The notes beneath the pieces are model-generated. The model did not search any database, was not told the origin of the DNA, and worked only from the letters and a program-made list of their open reading frames with translations. Shown here piece by piece: positions 33,089 to 44,514 of a stretch of 64,000 nucleotides of DNA (the first letter of the stretch is position 1; every line of letters starts with the position of its first letter). The stretch spans positions 1,152,001-1,216,000 of the forward strand of contig CBDESU010000001.1 of the NCBI GenBank assembly GCA_965242695.1. Direction: 5' to 3'. This DNA comes from Cenarchaeum sp. GTDB lineage: Archaea; Thermoproteota; Nitrososphaeria; Nitrososphaerales; Nitrosopumilaceae. Made by a program: the position numbers and the translations under genes.

Positions 33089-34177
33089 ATGGGCGCGGCA
33101 AGGAAGAGGGGCGCGGCAAGGGCGGGCGGAGCGCGGAAGGGAGGCGGCTCTGGGAAGGGAGGCGGCAATGACGGCGGCCCGCGCGTGATCGTAGCGTTCG
33201 GCACCGACATGGATCACCCGCCGCGGATCGGCGGAAGGAGGCGCGGCCCGGACGGCATTGCCGCATGCGAAGAGGCCGTCCGGCGCGACCCGGACGGCGC
33301 CGGCGCCCGCATGGATCTGGCCATAACCCTGGCCGCCGCCGGGCGCATCGAAGAGGCGGTCGGCGCGCTCGACGATGCCGATCGGCTCGACGGCCCCCGC
33401 CACGAGGCGCACGCCATGCGCGGTACGATTCTCACGAGCGCGTCGCGGCACGCCGAGGCCGTCGCAGCGTTCGAGGCGGCCGTCGCATCGGACCCGGGCT
33501 ACACCATGGGCCGCATCGCACTCGGAATGGAGCTCTTGCGCCTCGGCCGGCACGGGGATGCGATCGAGGCGTTCTGGGAGGCCGCCCGGCGCGACCCGTC
33601 GAGCGTGGACGCGCGGATCGGGCTCGGCAGCGCGCTCTCCGATGCCGGCCGCGGGGACGAGGCGGCCGCGGCGTTCGGCGAGGCCGCCCGGCTCGAACCC
33701 GGCAGCGCCGCGGTCCACATGTCGGCGGGCAGATCAATGCGCGGGGTGGAGAGGCACGAAGAGGCCCTTGCGTCGTACTCGAGGGCCGCGAGGATCGAAC
33801 CGACGCTGGCCGCGGCCCACTCCGGAAGGGGCCGCGCGCTGCTCGAGATGGAAGAGTACAAGAGGGCAGAGGCGGCGTTCAAGAGGGCCCTGGCCCTGGA
33901 TCCGGGCCGCGTCGGCGACCACCGCGGGCGGGCCATGGCGCTCCAGTTCCTCGGCCACTCCAAGAGGGCGCTCGAGGCCGTCGACGGGGCCGTCGCCGCA
34001 GATCCGCGCGACGTGGACGCGCATCTTGTGCGCTACGCGGTGCTCGTCAGCCTGGGGCGGCTCGGGGAGGCCAACGCCGAGATCAGGGAGGCCAAGAGGC
34101 TCGATCCCGACAGCAAGAACGTCGCGGTTGTCATGGAGGCGGTTCGAAGCGAGGCCGGGCGCACGGGCGGCAAGTGA
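33089..34177 (+). CDS. TPR-repeat protein
   Basis: Start set by the promoter motif (MGAARKRG...). Paralogue of 31606 and 36268. Confidence 0.9.
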   Translation: MGAARKRGAARAGGARKGGGSGKGGGNDGGPRVIVAFGTDMDHPPRIGGRRRGPDGIAACEEAVRRDPDGAGARMDLAITLAAAGRIEEAVGALDDADRLDGPRHEAHAMRGTILTSASRHAEAVAAFEAAVASDPGYTMGRIALGMELLRLGRHGDAIEAFWEAARRDPSSVDARIGLGSALSDAGRGDEAAAAFGEAARLEPGSAAVHMSAGRSMRGVERHEEALASYSRAARIEPTLAAAHSGRGRALLEMEEYKRAEAAFKRALALDPGRVGDHRGRAMALQFLGHSKRALEAVDGAVAADPRDVDAHLVRYAVLVSLGRLGEANAEIREAKRLDPDSKNVAVVMEAVRSEAGRTGGK

Positions 34178-34372
34178 TCCGGCGCGGCGCGCTGCGGGGA
34201 CGGGATCGGGGACGAAGTCGATGGCCGCCGGCCTGCGCTCACATTCCCCCGCAGGGCCCCGACGGCCCGAGCCAGCCCGGGCCGATCCCTGCCGCCCGCC
34301 CTCCTACGGGGTGGCCGGCGCCGGTGCCGGGGGCGGCGGAACAGGCTCCGGCAGGGGCGGAACACGCTCCGC

Positions 34373-34540
34373 CTAGTAGTCAATACTCTGCACGAGTGCA
34401 ACTTCAGGCAGGCCGTCGCAGGGCGTCTGGCTGGGCCTGAACGACAGCAGCGCATAGCCGCCCGACTCGAGCCCCTCAAGGACGGCCGTCCCGCCGCTGC
34501 CATCGTCGTAGTCGGCAAGCGCCTCATGCAAATCCCCGCC
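34373..34540 (-). pseudogene. Relic of a surface-protein C-terminal domain
   Basis: ADYDDGSGGTAVLEGLESGGYALLSFR...LVQSIDY resembles EYAAVGDGTAVARGLGGGDDATLWFR...ISQSVTY at the end of 46552..51399. Confidence 0.45.
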
Positions 34541-34637
34541 TCCCGGAAAAGCCGCCCCGGCGGGGCCAGTGCCGATCTCGGAGCGGGCCCTGCTACGGCA
34601 GCGCACCCCATAAATCCACCCCGCCCCGCCGCGCGGC

Positions 34638-36188
34638 ATGGGCCAGGAGGCCGAGGGCGGAAAGTGCAATAGTCAAAAGGCGGCCGCGGCCGCGGATCCT
34701 CCCGCCGCCGGCAGCGGGCGGCACAGGGACGGCCTTGCCGAGCACGACGAGGCCGTGCGCCGGAACCCGAAGGATGCCGGCGCGCATGCGGGGCGCGGCA
34801 AGGCCCTGATCGGCCTAGAGCGGCCCGAGGACGCGCTGGATGCGTACGGCGAGGCCGCCCGGCTCGAGCCGGGTGCCGCGGCGTGGCATGCGGGGCGCGG
34901 CAAGGCCCTGAGCCTCCTTGATCGCGAGGAAGAGTCCCTTGCCGCGTACGGCGAGGCCGTGCGGCTGGATCCAAGGGACGCCGGCGCGCACACAGGGCGC
35001 GGCGAGGCGCTGCTCTGCCTCGGCCGCCTCGAGGATGCGCTGGCCGCATGCGACGAGGCCGTGCGGCTCGAGCCCGACGGCGCGCCGGCCCTAGTCATGC
35101 GCGGCTGCGTCCTGCTCGAGATGTCGCGGCCCGGCAGGGCCGCGCGCGACTTCAAGGCGGCCTCGGCGGCCGATCCCGGCGATGTCGAGGCGCACCTGAT
35201 GCTCGGGGCCGCATACGAGGGCCTCGGCAGGTACGGGAGGATGATCGCATCGGTGAAGAGGGCCATACGGATCGAGCCCTCAAACGCCGCCGCGCATGTA
35301 ATGCACGGCAGGGCCCTGCTCCTGGCCGGCCGCGCCCGCAGATCCCTTGCCGCGTGCGACGAAGCCGTCCGGCTTGACGGCGCCATGTCCGCCGCCCACG
35401 AGTGGAGGGGCTGGGCGCTGGCCGCGATGGGCAGGGACAAGGGGGCGGTGGCCGCGTTCAAGGAGGCCGTGAGGCTCGAGCCCGGCAGCGCAGACGCCCA
35501 TCTTGGAATGGGGCTTTCGCTGCACGCGGCCGGCAGGCCAGGCAGGGCCCTGGCCGCGTACAGGGAGGCCGTGCGGCTAGAGCCCGACGGCGCGCATGCG
35601 CACAGGGCAATGGGCAAGGCGCTGCTCGAGACGGGCAGGCACAAGGGGGCGCTGGCGGCATACGGCAGGGCCGTGCGGCTCGAGCCGGGCTCGTGGGAGG
35701 GCCACTGCGGGAGGGGCGAGGCCCTCAGGGAGCTCGGCCGCCACAGGGAGGCGCTGGCCGCGCACAGCAAGGCCGCATCGCTCGAGCCCGACAGGGCAGA
35801 GGTCCACGTTCTGCGCGGCCTGACCCTCTCCGCCATGAAGCGCCACAAGAAGGCGCTGGCCTCGTACGACAGGGCTGCGCGGCTCGAGCCGGGCCTGGCG
35901 CTGACCCACCTCCGGCGCGGCTCGGAGCTGGGCAGCCTTGGCAGGCACGAGGAGGCGCTGGCCGCCCTTGACGAGGCCGAGCGGCTCGGCCTCGAGGCCG
36001 GGCGGCTCGGCCTTGAAGAGGCTGGCCTGTGCCTCGCCCGCGCCCGCGCGCTCTTCGGGCTCGGCCGCCCGAAAGAGGCCCGCGCGGCAATTGACAAGGC
36101 CGATCGCCTCGGGCCGGGCGGCAAGGGAATTGCAGGGCTGCGCGCGCTGATGGGCGGCCCTGCTGGGGCGGAGGGCGGCGGGGCGTAG
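34638..36188 (+). CDS. TPR-repeat protein
   Basis: About 13-14 TPRs and the promoter motif at 34603. Confidence 0.9.
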   Translation: MGQEAEGGKCNSQKAAAAADPPAAGSGRHRDGLAEHDEAVRRNPKDAGAHAGRGKALIGLERPEDALDAYGEAARLEPGAAAWHAGRGKALSLLDREEESLAAYGEAVRLDPRDAGAHTGRGEALLCLGRLEDALAACDEAVRLEPDGAPALVMRGCVLLEMSRPGRAARDFKAASAADPGDVEAHLMLGAAYEGLGRYGRMIASVKRAIRIEPSNAAAHVMHGRALLLAGRARRSLAACDEAVRLDGAMSAAHEWRGWALAAMGRDKGAVAAFKEAVRLEPGSADAHLGMGLSLHAAGRPGRALAAYREAVRLEPDGAHAHRAMGKALLETGRHKGALAAYGRAVRLEPGSWEGHCGRGEALRELGRHREALAAHSKAASLEPDRAEVHVLRGLTLSAMKRHKKALASYDRAARLEPGLALTHLRRGSELGSLGRHEEALAALDEAERLGLEAGRLGLEEAGLCLARARALFGLGRPKEARAAIDKADRLGPGGKGIAGLRALMGGPAGAEGGGA

Positions 36189-36267
36189 AAAAAGAGGGCC
36201 GAGAGGGCGCGCCGCGCCCGTCCGGCTACCTCGCACCGCATAAATCATCCCGCCCCAGCCGGCCCGC

Positions 36268-37461
36268 ATGGGCGGCCCCGAGGGGAAAGGGGATGACGGA
36301 TTCAGCATAGACATCGAGATCGGCGGCGCAGACGGCCCTGCGGGGGCGACAGGGGAGCCGATCGTGCACGATCTTGCCGCCTGCGAGGACGCCGTCCGGC
36401 GCGACCCCGGCAGCTTTGGGGCCCGCATGGAACTGGCAGCCGCCCTGGCAGGCGCAGGGCGCACCGACGGCGCGCTCGCCGAGCTCGACATGGCGGCCAG
36501 GCTCGACGGCCCCCGCCACGATGCGATCGCCATGCGCGGCGCCGTGCTTATGGGCGCCTCGCGCCTCGACGAGGCCGTGCGCGCGTTCGAGTCGGCCATC
36601 AAGTCCGACCCGGACCACGTGGTGTTCCACATGGGGCGCGGGGTCGCATGCGCCGAGCTCGGCAGGCACGGGGATGCCGCCGAGTCGTTCGGCGAGGCGG
36701 CGCGGCTCAGCCCGTCGAGCGCGGACGCGCGGGTCGGGCTCGGCAACGCCCTGGGCAATGCCGGCCGCCCCGCCGAGGCCATTGCGGCGTACGACGAGGC
36801 GCTGCGGATCAACTCCGGCCACCCGGTGGCGCATTCAATGAAGGGGCGCGCGCTGCTCGGGATGGGCAGGAACGAAGAGGCGCTTGCGGCGTTCGCGAGG
36901 GCGGTGCGGATCGAGCCGAGGCTGACCGAGGCCCACGTCGGGAGGGGGCATGCGCTGCTCGGGATGGGCAGGAAGAAAAAGGCGCTCGGCGCGTTCGCGA
37001 GGGCCGCGCGGCTCAGCCCGAGGTATGCCGAGGCCCACGTCGGGAGGGGGCTGGCGCTGCTCGGGATGGGCAGGAAGAAAAAGGCGCTCGGCGCGTTCGC
37101 GAGGGCCGCTCGGATCGAGCCAGGGATGGCCAAGGCCCACCTCTGGAGGGGGCATGTCCTGCTCGGGATGGAGAGGTACAAGAAGGCGCTCGGCGCGTTC
37201 GCGAGGGCCGCATCCCTGCATCCGGGCAGCGAGGCGGCCCACTGCGGGCGCGCCGCGGCCCTCCATTTGCTGGGCAGGGATGAAAAGGCGCTCGCCGCCG
37301 CCGACAGGGCCGCAACCGTCGATCCGCGCTCGGCGGGCGCCCACAAGATGCGCGGCATCATACTGCAGGCCATGGGGCGGCACGGCGAGGGGGATGCCGC
37401 GCTCAAAGAGGCCGCAAGGTGCAAGTCCGGCGGCTCGGAGGGGCGGGCGCAGGCCCGCTGA
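36268..37461 (+). CDS. TPR-repeat protein
   Basis: Close paralogue of 31606. Promoter motif at 36233. Confidence 0.9.
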   Translation: MGGPEGKGDDGFSIDIEIGGADGPAGATGEPIVHDLAACEDAVRRDPGSFGARMELAAALAGAGRTDGALAELDMAARLDGPRHDAIAMRGAVLMGASRLDEAVRAFESAIKSDPDHVVFHMGRGVACAELGRHGDAAESFGEAARLSPSSADARVGLGNALGNAGRPAEAIAAYDEALRINSGHPVAHSMKGRALLGMGRNEEALAAFARAVRIEPRLTEAHVGRGHALLGMGRKKKALGAFARAARLSPRYAEAHVGRGLALLGMGRKKKALGAFARAARIEPGMAKAHLWRGHVLLGMERYKKALGAFARAASLHPGSEAAHCGRAAALHLLGRDEKALAAADRAATVDPRSAGAHKMRGIILQAMGRHGEGDAALKEAARCKSGGSEGRAQAR

Positions 37462-38253
37462 ACTGCAGCCGGCGCGGCGCCGTGCCCGCCTTTTGCGCTG
37501 CGAAAAAGGCAGCGGCGCCCCTGCCATGCCCGCGATCCTCCCGCGCCCGCCACCACTTGCGCGCGGCGGCACAGCCTGCCCCGTCCCATAACCGTCAGGA
37601 GGGCATGCCGCCGGCATCGGGCATTGAAAAGGCCCCTCCCCCTCCCCGTCCGGATCCGCCGTGCAAAGTTGCGATTCCGCACCCAAAGTCGCACCCCCCC
37701 CCCCCCCCCCCCCGCCTCCGTCCAAAGGCGGCTAGGCACCTCGCGCTGCGGCCCGCAGGGCCTTCGTCGGCGCCGTGCCGGCCGTTCCCGTGTGGAACCC
37801 CGAGACTGTGGCTAGTGGGCATGGAATCGCCGTTTTTGTGCACGGCGCAGGCTACGCGCGGCAGGGCCGCGGCACCGAGCCACGCCACGGAGATACGCCT
37901 CGCAACAGGACAAAAATCAATATACGCCGGAGGCCAAGGGGCGTCCCCATGCAAGCAGTGACCAGCGCACCTCCCAGCGACGTGACAACCAGTCCGCCGC
38001 AACGCGTAGGCACGGCGCACCTGGTCGCCCGATCCTGCGGACGGCATCAACGTCTGGACTCCAGTCGCCGGCACATCCCGCCCTCGATGCAGATCCGGCC
38101 TTCGCAAGGGATCTTGCCGGCTGCAAATGCCAGCACCCTAGCGGGCCGTGCAGCTCTACGTCCGGCCCAGCGCCGCCGCACCAAGGCGACGCCGCGGTAC
38201 GCGATCACTGCACCGTGTCCGGGCCAGGGGATCGAGCGGGGGAGGACCGGCGC

Positions 38254-39012
38254 ATGAACCGCCAGCCGATCGACTTGGGGTTCATACTCCGGCAGTTTCC
38301 AAGGTTCGAGTTTTCAATGGCCAGCTTTGAGGACAGGCTCAGGGTGCAGAAGTTTGTCTACCTGCTGGAGTCGTTTGACGTCTACCTGGGGTACGAATAT
38401 TCGTGGTACCTGCGCGGGCCCTACTGCTCGACGCTGGCCGCGTCGGGGTTCGCGCTGGACGGATTCTACGCGCGAATACCGGAGAACCCCAACATGCACT
38501 TTTCAAAGCCCTCGGTGCACGAGCGTTTTGAGGGATTTAAGAGGTTCATAAGCGGCCGCGAGGCCGACATCGATTTCCTAGAAATGGCCGCGTCACTTCA
38601 CTTTCTGGAAAAAAGCGGCGGCCTCCCGCGCGCCCAGATCTTTGAGAGAGTCCTCAACAAGCGGCGGCCCAGATTTACCGAATCAGAGTGCCGCGAAGTG
38701 CAGGGATGCCTCGAGCAGTGGAAGCTTATAGGGGGTTCGGGCAACGAAGTGTCCAAGCCCGAATCGTGGTGTGCGTACGGAGACAAGCCGGGCGAGGAGT
38801 GGTTTGCCGAGGCGCCCGCTGTTCCAGAATCTATGGATCTCAGGCCCTTCGACAAGGGTCTCTACCACATGCTGCTAGACTCGAAGGAGGGGAACGAAAA
38901 GATCGTCCTGGTCGGAAGGGGCGTATTCAGGCCGGATCAGAGGCGCCCGCTCGTCGACGAGATTACTGTGGAGGACAAGCGCCTGCTAGTAGATCTAATC
39001 GAGCGAGGATGA
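38254..39012 (+). CDS. YwgA/SocA(Panacea)-like domain protein with C-terminal extension
   Basis: Signature RLRVQKFVYLL...YEYSWYLRGPY...LEMAASLHF. Confidence 0.72.
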   Translation: MNRQPIDLGFILRQFPRFEFSMASFEDRLRVQKFVYLLESFDVYLGYEYSWYLRGPYCSTLAASGFALDGFYARIPENPNMHFSKPSVHERFEGFKRFISGREADIDFLEMAASLHFLEKSGGLPRAQIFERVLNKRRPRFTESECREVQGCLEQWKLIGGSGNEVSKPESWCAYGDKPGEEWFAEAPAVPESMDLRPFDKGLYHMLLDSKEGNEKIVLVGRGVFRPDQRRPLVDEITVEDKRLLVDLIERG

Positions 39013-39293
39013 CGGCGGCACGAACCACACACTGCCCGCCCATGGCGGCGCCGCGACGGCAACGGGTGCGCTTCGGTGCGGGGCCAGGCTGGCAGGCGGC
39101 GGGCCCGCGGGCCGCGGACGATCCCGCGCGGCGCGCCGCAGGGACGGGCGCGCCGGCCCTGCCCCGTCCCGCCCCCGCCCGCCGCCCGCGCCATGCAGCC
39201 CCGGCCCACCACTCCCGCACGGCAGCGTCGCGGGAGTATGATGCAGGCGAGTCCAAGAATGGGCTTAAGAGGAGGGCGCATCCGGCAGGCGGC

Positions 39294-41374
39294 ATGGGGA
39301 AAAGCGGCCGGAAGGCCAGCATGCGGGCCGGCTCGGCGGCAAGGCGCGCGAAAGTGCCGCGCCCGGCGCCCCCGGAAACTCGATCGCGCCGGGCGCAGAG
39401 GGCAATGGCAGAGGGGGCGATGGCAGGGTATAGCCTCGCCATGGGCCCGAACGACCTAAGCCACCTGGGCGTCAACCTGCACAGCGGCATACCGGCCGTC
39501 CTGTCCGAGGCGGTCGCCAACGCCTGGGATGCGGACGCCGAGCGCGTCACCATAACCACGCAGCGGCGGCCCAGGCGCATCACAATAGAGGACGACGGAG
39601 AGGGCATGAGCGTGGACGACGCAAACAGCAAGTACCTGCACGTCGGGTACGAGCGCAGGGCCGCGGGAGGCACTACGGAAAAGGGCAGGCTTCCAATGGG
39701 GCGCAAGGGAATAGGCAAGCTCTCCCTCTTCTCGATAGCAGACACGGTGACCGTGCACACCGTCAGGGGAAGCGACCGGCACGGGTTCAGGATGGACGTG
39801 GAGGATATCAAAAAGGCCGTAAAGGGCGGAGAGGGCAAGTACTGCCCCACTCCCGTCGGCCCCGCCCCCGACCTTAAGAGCGGGACGAGGCTGACGCTCA
39901 CCGGCATCAGGCCCCAGATACGCAAGACGGGCGCGCTCAGGCGCAGGCTAGCCCGCAGGTTCAGCATCATAGGGAGCGAGCACGAGTTTGCCGTGTCCGT
40001 CGACGGGGAGGCCATAACGGCCCGGGACCGCGGATACCACGACAGGCTCGAGCATATATGGGCGTACGGCAGGTACGGCAGGAGCGTTGCCGACAATGCA
40101 TCTCTCAAGCCCGGCAGCCTGAACCCCCGCCTCAAGATAGGCGGGCGGCCGGCGGTCGTGGACGGCTGGATAGGGACGGCAAGGTCGCCCGGGCAGCTGA
40201 GGGATCCCGAGACAAGGGAGAGCATAAACAAGATATCCGTCATGGTCAGGGGAAAGATGGCCCAGGAGGACGTGCTCGGCGAGCTGGGGGAGGGAGGGGC
40301 GTACGGCAAGTACGTCGTCGGGGAGATATGCGCAGAATTCCTGGACGACGACGGGAGGGAGGAAAGCGCCACGACGAGCAGGCAGAGGATCGTAGAGGAC
40401 GACCCGCGGTACATGGCGCTGGTGAAAAAGGTCGCGGCCGACCTGAGGGAGGTCGAGCGCAGCTGGGCGGGCCTCAGGAACGAGGCCGGCGAAAAAAAGG
40501 CGCTGGAGATACCGCAGATAAGGGAATGGTTCGACCGGCTTGACGACGACCGCAAAAAGGCCGCCAAGAGCCTGTTCGGCCGCATCAACGGCCTGGCCGT
40601 CGACGACGAGGACGACCTGAGGCAGCTGTTCATAGGCGGCATACTCGCGTTCGAGAGCCTCCGGTTCCGCGACCTCTTGGACAAGATGGACAGGGTAAAC
40701 CTGAACAGCCTGGCCATGCTCAAGGACGTGTTCGTGCAGCTCGGCGACATAGAGGCGGCCGCATTCTACCAGATCACGCGCCACCGCCTTGACGTCATCA
40801 ACAGGCTGGAGGCGGCAGTCGGCAAGAACAGGCGCGAGAGGGCAATCCAAGAGATCATCTTTGACACCTCTGGCTGATAGATCCCGCATGGGAGAGGGTG
40901 CCCGGCACGGAGAGGATGGAAAGGCGCATCGCGTCCGAGTTCAAGAAGTCTAGCAGCCGGCTTACGGACGGCGAGAAGAGGTCGAGGCAGGACATCCGGT
41001 ACGTGTCCGCCAGCGGCATGAATATAGTCGTGGAGCTCAAGAGGCCCGGCAGGAGCGTGACCATTGGTGAGTTGATAGTTCAAATTGGGAAATACCACGC
41101 GGCGCTGTCCAAAATCCTCGAGGCGCAGGGCAGGTCGGACGAGCCCATATCGATCGTCTGCATCGTTGGGCGCCGGCCTAGCGGCATCAACAGGATGCGC
41201 CAAGGCATGCTTGACGCCGCATCCGCAAAGATAATCACGTACGACGAGCTGGTCGAGGGGGCCTATCGCGCCTACAGCGAGTACACAAAAAAGAGGGGAG
41301 AGGTGTCCGCGCTGACCGAGCTGGTCAGGAGCATCGACAGGGGCGACCGCGCGGCGCTGAGGCCGGCGGGCTAG
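39294..41374 (+). pseudogene. GHKL ATPase + PD-(D/E)XK nuclease (HgiDII/BbrUII-like restriction enzyme), split by a 1-nt deletion near 40865
   Basis: GHKL motifs EAVANAWDA, DDGEGM and GRKGIGKLS. Nuclease motif RQDI...VVELKRP. Adding one base to TTTGACACCTC restores IIFDHLWLIDPAWER and joins the two ORFs. Confidence 0.8.
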
Positions 41375-41494
41375 AGTGGCGCGGCCGCGCCGGAGCCGCC
41401 GCGGGCAATCCCCCGCCGCCGCGCCTTCAGCCGCCGCCGCCGCGATCTACGCCTGCACGGACATCGTCGGACTGCACGGTTCACTCCCGGTGGA

Positions 41495-42159
41495 GTGGCC
41501 AATATGGGCGCATGCGGCACCGTGCTCGTGCGCGCGTCCCGGCATGCCAAGGCCGCGCGCGCATTCGAGGCCGCCGCCGAGCCGGGCCCGGGCAGCGCAG
41601 CGGCCCATGCCGGGCGCGCGGTGGCATGCACCGTGCTCGGCCGGCACGCCGAGGCGGCCGAGTCGTTCGGCAGGGCGGCCCGGCTCGACCCGTCCAACCC
41701 AGACCCGCACATGGGGCGAGGTAACGCCATGATGGAGTCGGCCGAGCCGCCGATGTCCTCGAGTCGTACAGCGAGGCGGCCAGGATCGCTCCCGGCAGCG
41801 CCATTGCCCGCATCGGCAGGGGCCGCGCGCTGCTCGGGCTAGATAGGCACGGAAGGGCACTTGCCGCGTTCACAAAGGCCGCATCCCTGGCGCCCGGCAT
41901 CGCGGCAGCCCACTGGGAGCGCAGCGAGGCCCTCCGGCACCTCGGCCTGCACAAGAGGGCGCTGGCCGCAGTCGACAGGGCGGCGGCCATCGACCCGCTC
42001 ATCGTAGGCACCCACCTCACGCGCGGCGCCATACTCTACGCCCTTGGACGGAACGGCGAGGCCCGCGCCGCGCACAAAGAGGCCCTGCGCCTCGCGCCAG
42101 GCGGCGGAACCGTCGCGGCAGAGGTCGACTCGATGCGGCGCGAGGCCGGGCTCCCGTAG
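41495..42159 (+). pseudogene. Degraded TPR gene
   Basis: TPR motifs (LGRHAEAAESFGRAARLDP, LGLHKRALAAVDRAAAIDP) split across frames; 5' end and promoter absent. Confidence 0.75.
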
Positions 42160-42508
42160 CGCCTCCCGCCGCGGGCAGGCCCGCATGCCCCGCATCGCAG
42201 GCGCCTGCCGATGCGTCGGCGCCGTGCTGCCGCCGGGCCGGCCCGGCATCGCGGCAGCCCCCTCCGCCGGGCCGGCTCGCTCCCCCCGCCCCGCCCTCCC
42301 GGCGAGGCCGCCGCCGCGGCCGGCAGTGCACCCATGCAGGCACCCAATATATTTGCTATTTATTGCTGTTTTTTTGTCATACTGCCGCCCAAAATTGCCA
42401 CGTGTTGATGCCAACAGGAACCTTTGACCAAAAAATCGACATGCGGCGCGCCATGGACGGCGGAGGCCATGGCAAAGACAAATAGGGGATTTTTTAGGGG
42501 GCAGGCCC

Positions 42509-43666
42509 ATGAAAAAGTTCACCATGAGCCTAGAACCGAGCGTTGTAAAGTGGGTCATCGACAGCAGTGGCATGGACCACGACACGGTAGCGCAAAAGAC
42601 GGGCGTCGACAAGGCGCTCGTCGACAGGTGGGCCGACACTGGTGTGATGGAATACTCCAAGATGTGCCTCCTGGCAGACTGCGTGAAGCGTCCCGAGGCC
42701 ATACTCTTCCTAAAGTCGCCGCCGGACGACGAGGAGCTGACCGACTACAGGATGGCGCAGGCTACGGGGCAGGCAGGCCTGAGCCCAAAGGACAGGGTTA
42801 CGATTCGCAAGGCTCGCTATGCCCAGTCCATGGCGAGGGAAATGATGGAAGACGGGGGAGACTCGACCAGGCCCCGCATCAGGGGAGGCGTCGCCGTCGG
42901 CGATTCGGCGGAAGATATAGCGGAGTGGGAGCGCGGCAGGCTGCGTGCAAGGGCATCCACGGAGAAGAGCGGGAGTGGCGGCACCTACCGTGGCCTCAGA
43001 GGTGCGATCGAGTCACTCAACATACTCGTATTCCAGCACCCAATGGACGTCCGCAGGGTGCGGGGCCTGACCCTGACAGGCAAGACGCCGTACGCCATAC
43101 TTGTCAACTCCAAGGATCCGGAAGCGGCAAGGGCGTTTACGATTCTCCACGAGTACGGCCATGTCCTGCTTCGAAACGGGGGCATTTGCGACGAGCGGTC
43201 CGACACCGCAGTCCCAAATATTGTGAGCCAGAGAACCGAGTCGTGGTGCAACCAGTTTGCCACCTCGTTTCTGATGCCAAAGGGCGAGTTCGTGGCGGAG
43301 CGTCGCAGGTTCGAAGAAAGCCTGCGCGATCCGGACAAGGTCGTCGAAGAGCTTGCCAAGAAGTTCAGGACCAGCAGATACGCAGCTGCCGTGAGGGCCG
43401 CGAGCCTCCCAGGCACCCGCCTCAGGGGCGACTACGAGTGCCTGCTTCGACTGGCGGCCAACAGCTACAGACCTGCCGTCAAAAAAAGCAAAGGCGGCCC
43501 CGCATTCGTCGACGTGCGCGCAGCACAAATGGGGCACAAGTTCATAAAGCTTGTGCTGTCGTCGTATGACAAGGGCCTGATCAACGCCCGAAATGCGATC
43601 GATTACCTAGACATGGACGCACGTCACTTTGACGGACTTCGAGCAAGGGTGCACGTAGATGAGTAA
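42509..43666 (+). CDS. XRE-HTH + ImmA/IrrE family Zn metallopeptidase
   Basis: HTH-like N-terminus, AFTILHEYGHVLL (HExxH) and ESWCNQFATSFLMP. Confidence 0.9.
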   Translation: MKKFTMSLEPSVVKWVIDSSGMDHDTVAQKTGVDKALVDRWADTGVMEYSKMCLLADCVKRPEAILFLKSPPDDEELTDYRMAQATGQAGLSPKDRVTIRKARYAQSMAREMMEDGGDSTRPRIRGGVAVGDSAEDIAEWERGRLRARASTEKSGSGGTYRGLRGAIESLNILVFQHPMDVRRVRGLTLTGKTPYAILVNSKDPEAARAFTILHEYGHVLLRNGGICDERSDTAVPNIVSQRTESWCNQFATSFLMPKGEFVAERRRFEESLRDPDKVVEELAKKFRTSRYAAAVRAASLPGTRLRGDYECLLRLAANSYRPAVKKSKGGPAFVDVRAAQMGHKFIKLVLSSYDKGLINARNAIDYLDMDARHFDGLRARVHVDE

Positions 43667-44131
43667 CGCATACGTGGCAGATACGAGTTCGCTAATAGGC
43701 CTGAACCTGGCATGTCCGATCAAAAAACGGCGGGACATGTGGGACGGGATATAGAGGCGCTGGCGTCCTCGGGTCGAATCACGGCGCCGTACAGCGTGTA
43801 CAAGGAAATAGACCCCCGCAACACAGATCTTCACTCGTGGGCCAAAAGCCACATGGAGGTTTTTGCCGTGCAAGGCCAAGAGGTGGCCAAGCTGGCGCAA
43901 AAAATCGCCGCCAACAACCGGTCACTCCCAAGCCACGACAGGAGCAGGCCCAATGCAGACCCCTATGCGATAGCGCTGGCCAAGCTGCAACAGGGACGAC
44001 TGGCAGGTCGCCGCCAGGTCATAGTCACGGAAGAGCGCGACAAGCCGGGCATGATACCAGATGTCGCAAGGCGGTACGGCATAGAATGCATCAATCTGGA
44101 GGGCATGATCAGGGAAGAGGGATGGGCCTAG
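43659..44131 (+). pseudogene. PIN-fold (DUF4411-like) protein, frameshifted by a 2-nt insertion near 43750
   Basis: MSNAYVADTSSLI...MWDGI* then, in another frame, IEALASSGRI..VYKEI..ADPYAIALA..IVTEE. GGGATATAGAG versus expected GGGATAGAG. Overlaps the ImmA-like stop. Confidence 0.8.
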
Positions 44132-44514
44132 CCGGCCGCCAGGTCCGGCCCGCTGCCGCCCTGCGGGGCTCTGGACTGCGTTTGCCGGCGCGTGCAGGAA
44201 TAGCTGCACATCTCCAAGCTCGGCACCACGGCGGCCCGAGACGGGCACAATGGGATGCCAGCCCACCGCAGGCGCGCAGGGATGCTCGGGCATCTCGGCC
44301 CGCACAAGAAGGCGGCGCCAGGCATCGGCAGGCCGCACCCGCGCATCTGCGCGCGCGGATATCCGAGGTCGGCGCAGTGCAACCCGCAGCGGACAGGGCG
44401 CAGGAGGGCGCGCGTACGAACCGGCAGAGCGCGGGCGCCCCCTATCCCCCCTTCCCTCGGCGGCGCAGATCCGTCCCCCGCACCGCATAAATCCGCCCCG
44501 TCCCGCCCGCCCGC

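Noticed and set aside
37470-38250. Possible gene or ncRNA upstream of the YwgA-like gene (similarly 57830-58250)
   Set aside because: No recognisable motif, coding signal or RNA fold by eye. These may be decayed genes but I cannot support a call.
32830-44460. Short shared words between intergenic regions 32.8-33.0 kb and 44.1-44.4 kb (gccggcgcgtgcaggaa, ggcaccacgg)
   Set aside because: Probably a relic of the TPR unit duplication; too degenerate to call as an element.
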